Below are positions 9,218 through 18,479 of a stretch of DNA of 44,212 bases, piece after piece. The translations under genes and the position numbers were made by a program. The notes below the pieces were generated by a model. It did no database searches and had not been told where the DNA came from. It was given only the letters and a program-made list of their open reading frames with translations. Where the stretch lies: the NCBI GenBank assembly GCA_046482705.1, contig JAWOEP010000327.1, positions 1 through 44,212 on the forward strand. Reading direction: 5' to 3'. Positions within the stretch are counted from its first letter, which is position 1. Each line of letters begins with the position of its first letter. This stretch comes from Desulfotignum sp. GTDB lineage: Bacteria; Desulfobacterota; Desulfobacteria; Desulfobacterales; Desulfobacteraceae.

Positions 9218-12200
9218 ATGAAAAAAACCATTGCATTTCTGTTCAGGCTTTTTTTGATCATCGCTTTGCTGATCTTTGTCGGATTTGTCGTTTTTGCCGG
9301 GGTGCTGTGGGCCGGCTGGCCGTGGTGGGTATGTTTTTTCATCATTGCCGGTCTGACGGGTATGCTGCTTGGGGTCTGGTTCATAAAAAAACTGCTGGTG
9401 CGAAAAAAAGAACAGCAGTTTGTATCCCAGATTATCGAACAGGACAATACGGCATTGGCATCCCGGGATCAAAAAAGCCGGGAAGTGTCCAAAGAGATGC
9501 AGGACAAGTGGAAGCAGGCCATTGATGCCTTGAGAAAGTCCCATCTGAAAAAACAGGGCAACCCCCTGTATGTGCTTCCCTGGTATATGATGATCGGAAA
9601 AAGCGGCACCGGTAAAACCACAGCCATCCAAAGCGCGGACCTTTCCTCTTCATTTGCGGAAGTCGGCAGTGTTTCGGGTATTTCCGGCACCCGTAACTGT
9701 GACTGGTGGTTTTTTGAACAGGCCATCCTCATTGATACGGCCGGCCGGTATGCCGTTCCGGTGGATGATCAAAAAGACAGCGAAGAGTGGCAGAAATTTT
9801 TAAGTCTACTGGCAAAATACCGGAAAAAAGAACCGTTGAACGGGCTCATTGTCACCGTGTCCGCCGACAGCCTGAACGATACGGATGCGGAAAACCTGGA
9901 ACGGTACGGCCGGGATATCAGAAAGCGGATTGATGAATTGATGCGGGTGCTGGGGGCAAAGTTTCCGGTTTATGTCATGGTTACCAAATGCGATCTGATC
10001 CAGGGCATGACACAGTTCTGCGACGGCCTGGATAAGGATGCCCTGGATCAGACCATGGGAATGATAAACCATGATCATGAAAAAGATCTGGTAACGGTTG
10101 TATCAGACTGTTTTAAAACCATGGGAGAAAGAATCCGGGACCATCGTCTGCTCATGATGCAGCACTTGAAAAAGGAAAAAATCGAACCTGCGTTGATGCT
10201 TTTCCCCAGTGAACTGGAAAAACTGAAACCCGGACTGCAGGCGTTTGTCAAAGGAATTTTCCAGGAAAATCCCTACCAGGAAACCCCTTTTTTCCGGGGC
10301 GTTTTTTTCAGCAGCGGCCGTCAGGAAGGGACCCCTTTTTCCCATTTTCTCAAGGAAATGGGACTCATCGGAGAACAGCAGGTGCTTCCGGGTACCAGCA
10401 GAGGCCTTTTTCTGCATGATTTTTTTTCCCGGGTACTGCCGTCTGACAGGGGACTTTTTACGAAAACCCAGCGGGGAGATGCCTGGGCCAGATTGACCCG
10501 GAATATCGGGTTTGCCGCCTGGACGGCTGTTATCGTAGCATTGTGCGGGATTTTAAGCTATTCATTTGTGAAGAATCTGCACAGCATTCAAACTGCATCG
10601 GATCAGTTTGCAGGCCCCAGGGTTTTTCAGGGGGATCTGATTTCCGATATGACCACCCTGGACCAGTTCAAGGCAACCATCCAGGAAATTGAACGCAGCA
10701 ATAAAAACTGGTGGATACCACGGCTGGGTCTCAACAAAAGCATTGCCGTAGAAGCGGAACTGAAACAAAAATTTTGTATTCTGGTTGAAGAGCGGATACT
10801 TTCACCGTTTGATAAACAAATGGCGGAAAACATGGGCTATTTCAATCAGGATACCCAGGTTGATGTATTTGTCCGGCACGTGAATCATCTGGTATATCGG
10901 ATCAACCTGATGAAAGCCAGGCTCCTGGATCAAAACATTGAGAATATGCGGCTGCCAGACTTTGATGCCGCTGCCGCCGGTATCCGGGATGATATCGCAG
11001 CCGAGGTCCGGTTCAAAATCGGCGAGCTGTATCTGCAATACCTGAACTGGCAGGAAAATCCCCAGGCCATTAACCGGAAAATGAATGATCTGCAGAAATG
11101 GCTGGCCCGTATTGTTTCCATTGACGGACACACTTTGAACTGGCTGGTGGCCCGGGTCAATGCAGATTCGGAAATGCCTGGATACACCCTGGCCGATTTC
11201 TGGGGAAAATCCGTACATGATGCTGGCTCTGTCATGGTTGCCGCCGGTTTTACACGCAATGGCAAGGAAAATATTGACAGCTTTATTGTTGATATGGAAT
11301 CCGCACTGGCTGAACCACTTATACTGGCGGGGAAAAAACAGAATTTTTATACCTGGTATGAAACAGCTTATCTGGAAGCCTGGCTGGTGTTTATTACCGG
11401 GTTTGATAATGGAAGAAAAAATTTGAAAACCCGGCAGGGATGGCAGGCGGTTTCCGAACGGATACATCAGAAAAAAGGGCCGTATTCCATCCTGCTGGAC
11501 CTCATTTCCCGGGAACTGCAGCCCTTCTCCGGACAGAGCCGTCTGCCGGAGTGGGTCAAGCTGGTTGGAGATATCAGAACACTCGATAACCAGGCTGCGG
11601 CACTGCGGGTCAAAAATGACGGAACCGCCGGTGTTGTAGGAACCGCTGTTGCCAGGGTAAAATCCAAAATTCCAGGGGCTTCAAGACTGCAGCTGGATGA
11701 CTCAGAGATGCTCCAGGCAGGCAAGGCCTTTATGAAGTATCAGGACAGCCTTGTCCAGATGGCCCCGCTGGTCTCCTCTCAGCAGGCAGCATTCGATTTT
11801 GCAACACAGATCTATTTGGAGGATCCGGCCACCAGCACCATCCCTTTCTTTACAGCGCAACAGGCGGTTGAGAGGCTGCAGCAGCTTCTTGCATATCCGG
11901 ATGAAAAAAGCCAACAGATCTGGCAGATTCTGGCAGGCCCCATGGCTTTTTTCCATACGTTCGCCCTCAAAGAAACCGCATGCCGGCTCCAGAAAAAATG
12001 GGAGCAGGAGGTGCTGTTAAGCTTACATGATTCTGCGGGTACGCAGAACATGAATGCCCTGTTGATGGGATCGGACGGGCTGGTCACAGGCTTTCTGGAG
12101 GGACCGGCAGCCCCTTTTGTGAAACGCGGACTGAAACAGGGATATTATGCAGCCAGGGTGTATGACAAAAGCGTTGCTCTGGAACCGGGTTTTTTTACAT

Positions 12201-12679
12201 TTCTTGCCAGGGGGGTGCGGGCGGCCAGGCCCGTAAAACCGCAATATAATGTGAAGATCAGCGGTCTTCCCACCAGTGCCAATGATGGGGCCCGGATTCA
12301 GCCCCATGCCACAATGCTTGAACTGGTCTGCACAGAGGGGTCTGTTATGCTGGAAAATTTGAACTATCCGGTCCAGAAAGTGTTCACCTGGTCTCCCCAG
12401 TCTGACTGCCAGGTGTTTTTTTCCATTAAAATCAGCAGCATGACCCTGGTCAAAAAATATACCGGTCCATACTCCTTCCCCCGGTTTCTCAAGGATTTTC
12501 CCGGTGGGCGCCGGAGTTTCACCCCGGCTGACTTTCCTGAGCATCAGGACAGTCTCACCCGTCTTGGGGTCCGGTCCATCAGTGTCAAGTATGAATTTTC
12601 CGGCAGCCGGGAGGTGATCGGGCTGCTGGGGGCCACACCGGGAAGGCCGCCAGTGGAGATCGCCCCATGCTGGGAATGA
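9218..12679 (+). CDS. tssM: T6SS membrane subunit TssM (IcmF)
   Basis: N-terminal TMs; LYVLPWYMMIGKSGTGKTT (Walker A), TRNCDWWF, IDTAGRY, PLNG.IV, FPVYV..TKCDLI.G and FRGVFFSSG.QEG. Confidence 0.96.
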   Translation: MKKTIAFLFRLFLIIALLIFVGFVVFAGVLWAGWPWWVCFFIIAGLTGMLLGVWFIKKLLVRKKEQQFVSQIIEQDNTALASRDQKSREVSKEMQDKWKQAIDALRKSHLKKQGNPLYVLPWYMMIGKSGTGKTTAIQSADLSSSFAEVGSVSGISGTRNCDWWFFEQAILIDTAGRYAVPVDDQKDSEEWQKFLSLLAKYRKKEPLNGLIVTVSADSLNDTDAENLERYGRDIRKRIDELMRVLGAKFPVYVMVTKCDLIQGMTQFCDGLDKDALDQTMGMINHDHEKDLVTVVSDCFKTMGERIRDHRLLMMQHLKKEKIEPALMLFPSELEKLKPGLQAFVKGIFQENPYQETPFFRGVFFSSGRQEGTPFSHFLKEMGLIGEQQVLPGTSRGLFLHDFFSRVLPSDRGLFTKTQRGDAWARLTRNIGFAAWTAVIVALCGILSYSFVKNLHSIQTASDQFAGPRVFQGDLISDMTTLDQFKATIQEIERSNKNWWIPRLGLNKSIAVEAELKQKFCILVEERILSPFDKQMAENMGYFNQDTQVDVFVRHVNHLVYRINLMKARLLDQNIENMRLPDFDAAAAGIRDDIAAEVRFKIGELYLQYLNWQENPQAINRKMNDLQKWLARIVSIDGHTLNWLVARVNADSEMPGYTLADFWGKSVHDAGSVMVAAGFTRNGKENIDSFIVDMESALAEPLILAGKKQNFYTWYETAYLEAWLVFITGFDNGRKNLKTRQGWQAVSERIHQKKGPYSILLDLISRELQPFSGQSRLPEWVKLVGDIRTLDNQAAALRVKNDGTAGVVGTAVARVKSKIPGASRLQLDDSEMLQAGKAFMKYQDSLVQMAPLVSSQQAAFDFATQIYLEDPATSTIPFFTAQQAVERLQQLLAYPDEKSQQIWQILAGPMAFFHTFALKETACRLQKKWEQEVLLSLHDSAGTQNMNALLMGSDGLVTGFLEGPAAPFVKRGLKQGYYAARVYDKSVALEPGFFTFLARGVRAARPVKPQYNVKISGLPTSANDGARIQPHATMLELVCTEGSVMLENLNYPVQKVFTWSPQSDCQVFFSIKISSMTLVKKYTGPYSFPRFLKDFPGGRRSFTPADFPEHQDSLTRLGVRSISVKYEFSGSREVIGLLGATPGRPPVEIAPCWE

Positions 12680-13404
12680 ACAGGCGCCGGTTGAAACTGG
12701 ATGTCGCCGCCTGTGGCAAGCACCCGGCCTTTATAGATTATATCCGGGTAAATTCGGCCCTGCCGCTGGCCAATGCGTTGGCGTCCTGGGTGGATGCAGG
12801 AATGAAATCAGGCATGCCGGATTTCAAAAAAAACAGAGGCATTCATTCCTTTCGGTTCTGGACACGGGGCCCTCATAAACAAACCTTGATTGTGGGGATT
12901 GTCAAAGACAGCAGTGACAGTCTTGGGCGGACTTATCCACTGCTTATCACAGGTCAGGTGTTCATGAAAGATATGCACAGACAATGGCGTGCAGTTTTTG
13001 ACCGTTTCGGGCAAGTGTTCCGGGCATTTGAAGAGATGACCGCTGCACGGTATGACCACTTCAAGGAGTTTGAAACAGCGCTGTCCGATGTCAGGTTCCC
13101 GGAGGCCGAAAACAATACCATGAATGAAACCTCCATTTTTTCTGACTGTCTCGCGGCCTGGTCTTTGAAAAACGGGCCAGATGACCACCTGATACTGCCG
13201 ATGCCGGTCTTCCTGGAAAAATATCAAGCCCGTTTCGAAAACAGTTTGAATCAGGGGAGGGGCACCACCAGGACCGAACCGCCCAAAGCAGTATTTATAG
13301 GCGGTCTTCCGGAAAAACCGGTAATTGCCATATATCAACGTGCTTTGCGGACCAGCGATTTTTGCAGGATGTTTGGTCTGCCCCAAAACGCTTCCATCAC
13401 TTGA
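12667..13404 (+). CDS. tagF: T6SS-associated protein TagF (ImpM)
   Basis: GKHP...DYI, ..W...G and G...DSSDS.GR.YPL motifs; overlaps the tssM end. Confidence 0.88.
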   Translation: MLGMNRRRLKLDVAACGKHPAFIDYIRVNSALPLANALASWVDAGMKSGMPDFKKNRGIHSFRFWTRGPHKQTLIVGIVKDSSDSLGRTYPLLITGQVFMKDMHRQWRAVFDRFGQVFRAFEEMTAARYDHFKEFETALSDVRFPEAENNTMNETSIFSDCLAAWSLKNGPDDHLILPMPVFLEKYQARFENSLNQGRGTTRTEPPKAVFIGGLPEKPVIAIYQRALRTSDFCRMFGLPQNASIT

Positions 13405-13686
13405 AGGAATTTGCCCCGGGCGCATCTCGAACTGCTTACAGAAGTTCCAATTATTATTGCGAAACCGGGCTTACCAGGGTCAGCGATACGGCAGCAGTTA
13501 TAATGAACTTGAGTTCAAGGTGGAAACCTATTTCAGGTTGATTGTGACGCCGGAACGAATGTGTCGCAGCGTCCACGCGTCACCACAATGCCTGAACTCC
13601 AATGGCCATTTTCTTTGTAATACGCAATTGCAGCGTGATTTGAGAAGTACCCTGGCATTTCAAGTATTAGGGGCGGAAATCAACCG

Positions 13687-13968
13687 TTATCTTCCATTGG
13701 CCGTTGAAGCAGGCGGGGGTGAAATCTCTTCAGCCGGCATCAGAGGGCCTGCCGGACGGTCTCTGGAAAGAAGATCTGCCGGGGCACAGTTGCATCCACA
13801 TGCGCAGAGCCGTATTCCGGGGTCGATAGGCATGTGAATCTGGCAGAGAGGCTGTTCCATATAATCACCAGGCCGAACGATTCGCGGAACTGTGCCAACC
13901 CGCCACATTGCAAAAATCGATATGTCCGTCTTCCGGCGGACTATGGTCATTTGCCAGGTTGCTATCAT
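13687..13968 (-). CDS. Small Cys-rich hypothetical protein (93 aa; alternative 57-aa start at 13860)
   Basis: ATGA overlap with the methyltransferase stop; CQIH...CACGCNC motif; SD-like GGTGA before the internal ATG at 13860. Confidence 0.45.
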   Translation of the reverse strand: MIATWQMTIVRRKTDISIFAMWRVGTVPRIVRPGDYMEQPLCQIHMPIDPGIRLCACGCNCAPADLLSRDRPAGPLMPAEEISPPPASTANGR

Positions 13969-15608
13969 TTCTGCTGATCTTCAGGCAGTTCAGATGAAAA
14001 CGTGATGTGTCTGTCCGGATTGATCAACACGCCGCACCGGGGCAATTGTTCAAGAATCGATGCCAGCTGAAGCTGCATTGATTCTCGAATCGTTCCACCG
14101 TGTCTGGTATCCAGTTTTGGTATATGTATCCGTCCGGTCTGAACAGCCTCTGTCATCAGGTCGCAGAGGGAATTTCGATCCAGGGTGCCGTCAAGACGGG
14201 CCAGGACAAAACAGGCCATGTCATCATCCATGAGGATGGTTCTGTGGCACAGGTTGGTCACCCGGCGGGTAGGGGCCTGGAAACGGGAAATCCGGGATGC
14301 TGCGGGAAAATCCCCTGCCTCCGGGATGCATTGACGTCCGGCACCGAGAAGTTCCAGAACACCGTTAAAAAAAAGGGTATAGACAACATGCCCCATCTTT
14401 TCCGCCTGTTTCTGAAAATCCTGTCCTGTCCGGGGATAATCCTGCTGCAGCATGGTTTTGATCAGGGAATCCACCCTGATGGTACATGGTTTGATTCTGC
14501 TCAGCCGGTGCAGAACGATCCGGGCAGATGCGTCTGTGGTACTGAATTTCCGTCCTGAAGATGTTTTGAATGCAGCGGCTTCTTCAATCGGACTATCCGG
14601 GGAATCCAGAACCGGGACCACATCTGTTGCGGCGTAAAGGTGCTGGACCCGGTCCATCCGGTAGTCTGAATTCAGATCCAATTCTTTGCGGCAGATCAAA
14701 GAGCGCCGGAAGCGGGTGTTTTTAAAAAAATCGATGTATTGTTCCACTTCAACGGCATTTTCAGATATTTCCTCAAATGCTGCTGCAGTATCCGGCGGAA
14801 GGCTGTCCAGTTCGAAATCCGGTTGGTCTGCATCACAAATATATTGCAGTCCGTGGTTTTTCAAATCCCCGGCAAACTGGTGGAAATAAAAGGATGTATT
14901 GTGGGTTTCCATGTATTCATGAAGCAGATAACTTGACACATTCGGAAAATCCCGGAGGGTTTTTCCAAAAAACCTCAGTTGCATATCATGAACGGATTTT
15001 CCATCGGCGGCTCCCTTAAGCATGGTGTTGCACAGATCAATAGCTGCCTGCGCTTTTTGACCGGGGGCTTTCATGTGCCGGGTGCGGTACAGGAACATGT
15101 CCCGCATGGTCTGATTGAACCGCCAGCCCGGCAGCACATTGTAGCTGATATAGGCGATGCCCTGATCCGACAGATTGCTTCTGCAGATATCCAGGATCTT
15201 TTTTCTCACCTCTGGCGGAACCCAGGAATAAACCCCGTGGACGATGATATAATCAAACCTGCCGTCGGCCTCGCGTATGTCCATGATGCTGCGGGTAAGC
15301 AGTTGGATGTTTTTGAGATTAAGAGAACCGATACTTTTCAGTCCGATTCCGATTTGAACCGGTGACAGATCAATGCCCAAAAAGCAGCTTTTGGGAAATT
15401 CGTACGCCATGGGTATAATGTTGTTTCCATCCCCGCAGCCCAGCTCAAGCACCCGGCATTGCGCCGGATCGGAGGGGGAAAGACCACATAGAGCACCATA
15501 GGCTGCCAAGACACCGGGATGTGTGTAGTAATATGGGTTTCCAGCATATGGCGTACGATCATAAGATTTTGCCACGGCAAGTTCCGACGGGTTGAGTTTG
15601 TTTTTCAT
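13965..15608 (-). CDS. Class I SAM-dependent methyltransferase with methyltransferase-regulatory domain (Rickettsia PKMT-like)
   Basis: VLELGCGDGNN (motif I), FDYIIVHGVYSWVP, YISYNVLPGW, YLLHEYME..N..FYF, EQYIDF..N..FRRSL.C and C-terminal VTNL.H......LDGT. Start at ATG 15608 after AAAGGA. Confidence 0.88.
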   Translation of the reverse strand: MKNKLNPSELAVAKSYDRTPYAGNPYYYTHPGVLAAYGALCGLSPSDPAQCRVLELGCGDGNNIIPMAYEFPKSCFLGIDLSPVQIGIGLKSIGSLNLKNIQLLTRSIMDIREADGRFDYIIVHGVYSWVPPEVRKKILDICRSNLSDQGIAYISYNVLPGWRFNQTMRDMFLYRTRHMKAPGQKAQAAIDLCNTMLKGAADGKSVHDMQLRFFGKTLRDFPNVSSYLLHEYMETHNTSFYFHQFAGDLKNHGLQYICDADQPDFELDSLPPDTAAAFEEISENAVEVEQYIDFFKNTRFRRSLICRKELDLNSDYRMDRVQHLYAATDVVPVLDSPDSPIEEAAAFKTSSGRKFSTTDASARIVLHRLSRIKPCTIRVDSLIKTMLQQDYPRTGQDFQKQAEKMGHVVYTLFFNGVLELLGAGRQCIPEAGDFPAASRISRFQAPTRRVTNLCHRTILMDDDMACFVLARLDGTLDRNSLCDLMTEAVQTGRIHIPKLDTRHGGTIRESMQLQLASILEQLPRCGVLINPDRHITFSSELPEDQQK

Positions 15609-15747
15609 CAAAAATCCTTTGACGGATTGATAATTAACCGGCATGACAACCTGTTTCAGGGGACAACCAAGGTGCAGTCCAACCAATCTATTTGATATTA
15701 TTTGCGGGTAATTTGAATTGTACTGTCAAAAGAGGTTTCATGATCAA

Positions 15748-16299
15748 TTATGGCCTGAGTTGTGCCCGGTGTCTTGTCCAGACTTCCCTCTGAAGCGGGC
15801 GGTACCGGCTCGGCAAGTTTCCTGCTATGGTAATCTGGGGGGGAGGGCATCCTCCCGGACGTGTCATGACATGACGATACTTCCGAAATTCCATACTCGT
15901 GGTGAATCCGTGACCAAGAGCGGCACCTCCAGAAGAGGATCCTGTATTGATCGGTCCGATATAGGCGGGGATGCCCTCAACAAATTGGGCATCCCAATAT
16001 TCAGCTAAACCCTGAAGGTTGCATCGTTGTCGTTCGAGATAAAGTATTTGATCGGTTCTCAGATTGGCAGGGGGAGGTGTCCGTTGCCAACTCCTCAATT
16101 GGGAGAATTCTTGTGCAGTTAAGCGGGAGTCAAAGCAAGGTTGACGGGTTGCACCGGAATTGGAGACAAACGGTGGATTTACATGTGGGACAAGGAAATT
16201 GTCCCAGTGCGCTGCAAAGTATGCCGCAAATTGATATGGTCGACCCAGAATATTGAATTTGACCAGATCTATGAGTTCCCGGACCTGTTGGATTGACAT
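15748..16299 (-). CDS. Orphan hypothetical protein, candidate T6SS cargo
   Basis: 183-aa ORF with SD AAAGGA, co-oriented within the vgrG downstream module; no signal peptide; no family recognised. Confidence 0.65.
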   Translation of the reverse strand: MSIQQVRELIDLVKFNILGRPYQFAAYFAAHWDNFLVPHVNPPFVSNSGATRQPCFDSRLTAQEFSQLRSWQRTPPPANLRTDQILYLERQRCNLQGLAEYWDAQFVEGIPAYIGPINTGSSSGGAALGHGFTTSMEFRKYRHVMTRPGGCPPPQITIAGNLPSRYRPLQREVWTRHRAQLRP

Positions 16300-16416
16300 G
16301 GCGCATTCCTTTCATTTGAAGGGTTTTCTATCAAGTAATCATATCCATATTTTCTGCAGTACTTTTTTTTTCACGCAAGTTTGGTGAAGGTTTTGGCGTT
16401 CGGAAAGAATTCGGGA

Positions 16417-18063
16417 TCAAGGTATCAGATCATTGAGGACCCCCTGGGCAGCATCCTGCGCCGGCTGCACTGCCTGTTGTGTCTGACCTATCGCTTGCTG
16501 CGCCGTCTGCTGTGCCTGTCCGGCGGCTCCCTGTGCCGCATCCCGGGCCTGCTGTGCCGCCTGCTGTGCCTGACCGGCCGCCTCCTGGGCGGCATTCCGG
16601 GCACGTTGGGCAGTATCCTCCGCCTGCTCTCGCGCCTGCCCCGCAGCCTCACGTACCTGAGACGCAGCCTCCCGGGCGGCCGCCTGCCCACGGTTCACAC
16701 CGTTATTCGCTGCATGTGCGGCATCCGACACAAACTGCTGTGCAGTGGCAACCGCTGATCCGATTTCTTCCTGCAGTGCACCGAGGCATGCCTGCAGCCC
16801 CTCCATGGCATCGTTGGCCGCCTGCGCAGCGCCCGATACACCTTGCTGTGTGGAATCCATGGCAGAGGCCGCCTGGTCCTGAAGATCATTCGATAACTGC
16901 CGGCCATTATCAAGGGCATCGGAAGCGGTCTGGCTTGCAGAATCCATGGCATTGGCCGCTTCCTGACTCGCCGTATCCAAGGCATCGGTTGTCGCCTGAC
17001 TCGCCGTATCCATAGAATCTGTCGCCGCCTGACCCGCCGAATCCACGGTATCGGTTGCAGCCTGTCTCGCCACACCCAGAGCATTGCTGACATCCTGTGA
17101 TGCCTGGCCCATTGCTTGCTGGGCCGCCCCAGCGGTTTGCTGGGCCTGTGAAGCAGATGAAAGGGCACGATCGATCATGGGTTGGGCCGTTTCAACCGTC
17201 TGCTGCGCCGCACTGGCTGCCGCTGCTTGTGCGTCTGCTGCAAACTGTTCTGCTTGAACCTGGGCCTGATTGACGGCCTGCTGACCCTGCTCCAGGGCAG
17301 TGGATGCCGCATCCTGGGCCTGTTCTGCGACTCCCGATGCCCGGGCCAGCATCTCCTGACCCGATGCCCGGGTTTGTTCAGCAGCATTGCTCAGACATCC
17401 AAGGATATCCTCCGCCATTGACCGGACGTCTTCCATAACGTCTCTGAGTGCTGACGCGGTATCGCCCAATCTGTTTCTCAGCGTCTGACTTTCGGAAAGA
17501 ACATCTTGTGTTAAACTCTGCAGCGCTCCGGAATCCGGCAGATTCCCAGGCAACCCTTCCGGCAGGTGACATCTCTGGACGGGACTTCCCAGGGGGTTGT
17601 CCCTGAAGAGGTCATTGAGGGACTGACCCGGATCGCCGGCAGAGCCGGCAATCGCCTCATCAGCAGCGGCCACGGCTTCAGAGGCGCGGGTTGCCGCTTC
17701 ATCTGCTGCATCCGATGTCCGGGTCATGGCATCGGCCAAAACCTGCTGCCCCTGTTCCCTTGCTTCCTCAGCCATATTCCGGGTACGGCCTGCGGCGTCC
17801 CGCACTGTATCGGCAATACCCTCGGCCTGGTTCAGGACCTGCTGGCCCAGAGGCGATGCACCGCCCATGGCCTGGCTCGCAGCCTGGGCTGCTGCGCCTG
17901 CAGCCCGGGATGCCTGGTTGGCGGCCTCCTGTGCCGTTGCTGCTGCCTGATCTGCGAATGGCTGTCCCTGGGACATGGCTTGGTCAACCGTGCCGGAAAC
18001 CGCCCGGGAGGCTTGCTGCCCGAGTCCGTTTCCCAATCCTGACAGATTATCTGAAATCGCCAT
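16417..18063 (-). CDS. Ala/Gln-rich amphipathic-helix repeat protein (LEA/apolipoprotein-like 11-mers), lysine-free, candidate T6SS cargo
   Basis: 548-aa ORF with strong SD AGGAGG; no K, W or Y in the translation; 11-aa periodicity. Confidence 0.8.
   Translation of the reverse strand: MAISDNLSGLGNGLGQQASRAVSGTVDQAMSQGQPFADQAAATAQEAANQASRAAGAAAQAASQAMGGASPLGQQVLNQAEGIADTVRDAAGRTRNMAEEAREQGQQVLADAMTRTSDAADEAATRASEAVAAADEAIAGSAGDPGQSLNDLFRDNPLGSPVQRCHLPEGLPGNLPDSGALQSLTQDVLSESQTLRNRLGDTASALRDVMEDVRSMAEDILGCLSNAAEQTRASGQEMLARASGVAEQAQDAASTALEQGQQAVNQAQVQAEQFAADAQAAAASAAQQTVETAQPMIDRALSSASQAQQTAGAAQQAMGQASQDVSNALGVARQAATDTVDSAGQAATDSMDTASQATTDALDTASQEAANAMDSASQTASDALDNGRQLSNDLQDQAASAMDSTQQGVSGAAQAANDAMEGLQACLGALQEEIGSAVATAQQFVSDAAHAANNGVNRGQAAAREAASQVREAAGQAREQAEDTAQRARNAAQEAAGQAQQAAQQARDAAQGAAGQAQQTAQQAIGQTQQAVQPAQDAAQGVLNDLIP
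16929..17093 (-). repeat. Degenerate 33-bp tandem repeat (~5 units) encoding 11-aa units such as ATDSMDTASQA
   Basis: cctgactcgccgtatcca at 16962 and 16995, cctgacccgccgaatcca at 17028, cctg at 17061: exact 33-bp spacing. Confidence 0.85.
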
Positions 18064-18069
18064 ACCAGT

Positions 18070-18450
18070 TTACCTCCTGTCACTTGTAACCGGATAGGTC
18101 ACCAGGCCGCGCTTGCCCGCCTCCCGGGAAAGCCGTCTGAGCCGGTTGGCGGCATTGCTGAAACGGTCCTTTAAAATCGGGGCCGCCCACGGCGTTTTCG
18201 GGCTGGTATCGAAATCACGCCCCAGGTAAAACATCAGCTCGATATAACGTGCCACTTCACGCTCGCTGGCCATCCGGTATTGTTCCGCTGTCTCCATGCC
18301 ATGGTGAATCTCTTCGCGCAACCCTGCTTCCCCCAGAGACGCTGTCTGATCCGGGAAATTTTTTTGCAGGTAATCCTTCATACGTCCCACGAAGCCCTGA
18401 CGTTCCCTTTCCTGTAACATCGTCATCTGTTCTTTGCGAATAATTAGCAT
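18070..18450 (-). CDS. Small T6SS adaptor-like protein resembling the C-terminal extension of DUF4123 chaperones
   Basis: Pattern MLIIRKEQM...F..RM..YL...FP....LGE..LR..I..G...A..Y....E..V..YI.LMF.LG.DFD..P..PWA..IL; lies between DUF4280 and the cargo genes. Confidence 0.65.
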   Translation of the reverse strand: MLIIRKEQMTMLQERERQGFVGRMKDYLQKNFPDQTASLGEAGLREEIHHGMETAEQYRMASEREVARYIELMFYLGRDFDTSPKTPWAAPILKDRFSNAANRLRRLSREAGKRGLVTYPVTSDRR

Positions 18451-18479
18451 TGGTAAATATTCCTGAAGATGGTTGGTTT

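Noticed and set aside
12668-12694. TssM ends C-W-E-TGA, which is also a CxxU-like pattern
   Set aside because: The codons overlap the tagF start (ATG CTG GGA ATG A), which explains the sequence; I saw no convincing SECIS-like hairpin and know of no CxxC in TssM termini.
13325-13837. 170-aa + strand ORF
   Set aside because: It overlaps tagF out of frame, has no SD or recognisable motif, and is antisense to the coupled 93-aa ORF; probably spurious.
16929-17093. 33-bp periodic repeats as a possible CRISPR array
   Set aside because: No unique spacers; the units are in-frame coding repeats with codon-position degeneracy; no cas genes in the window.
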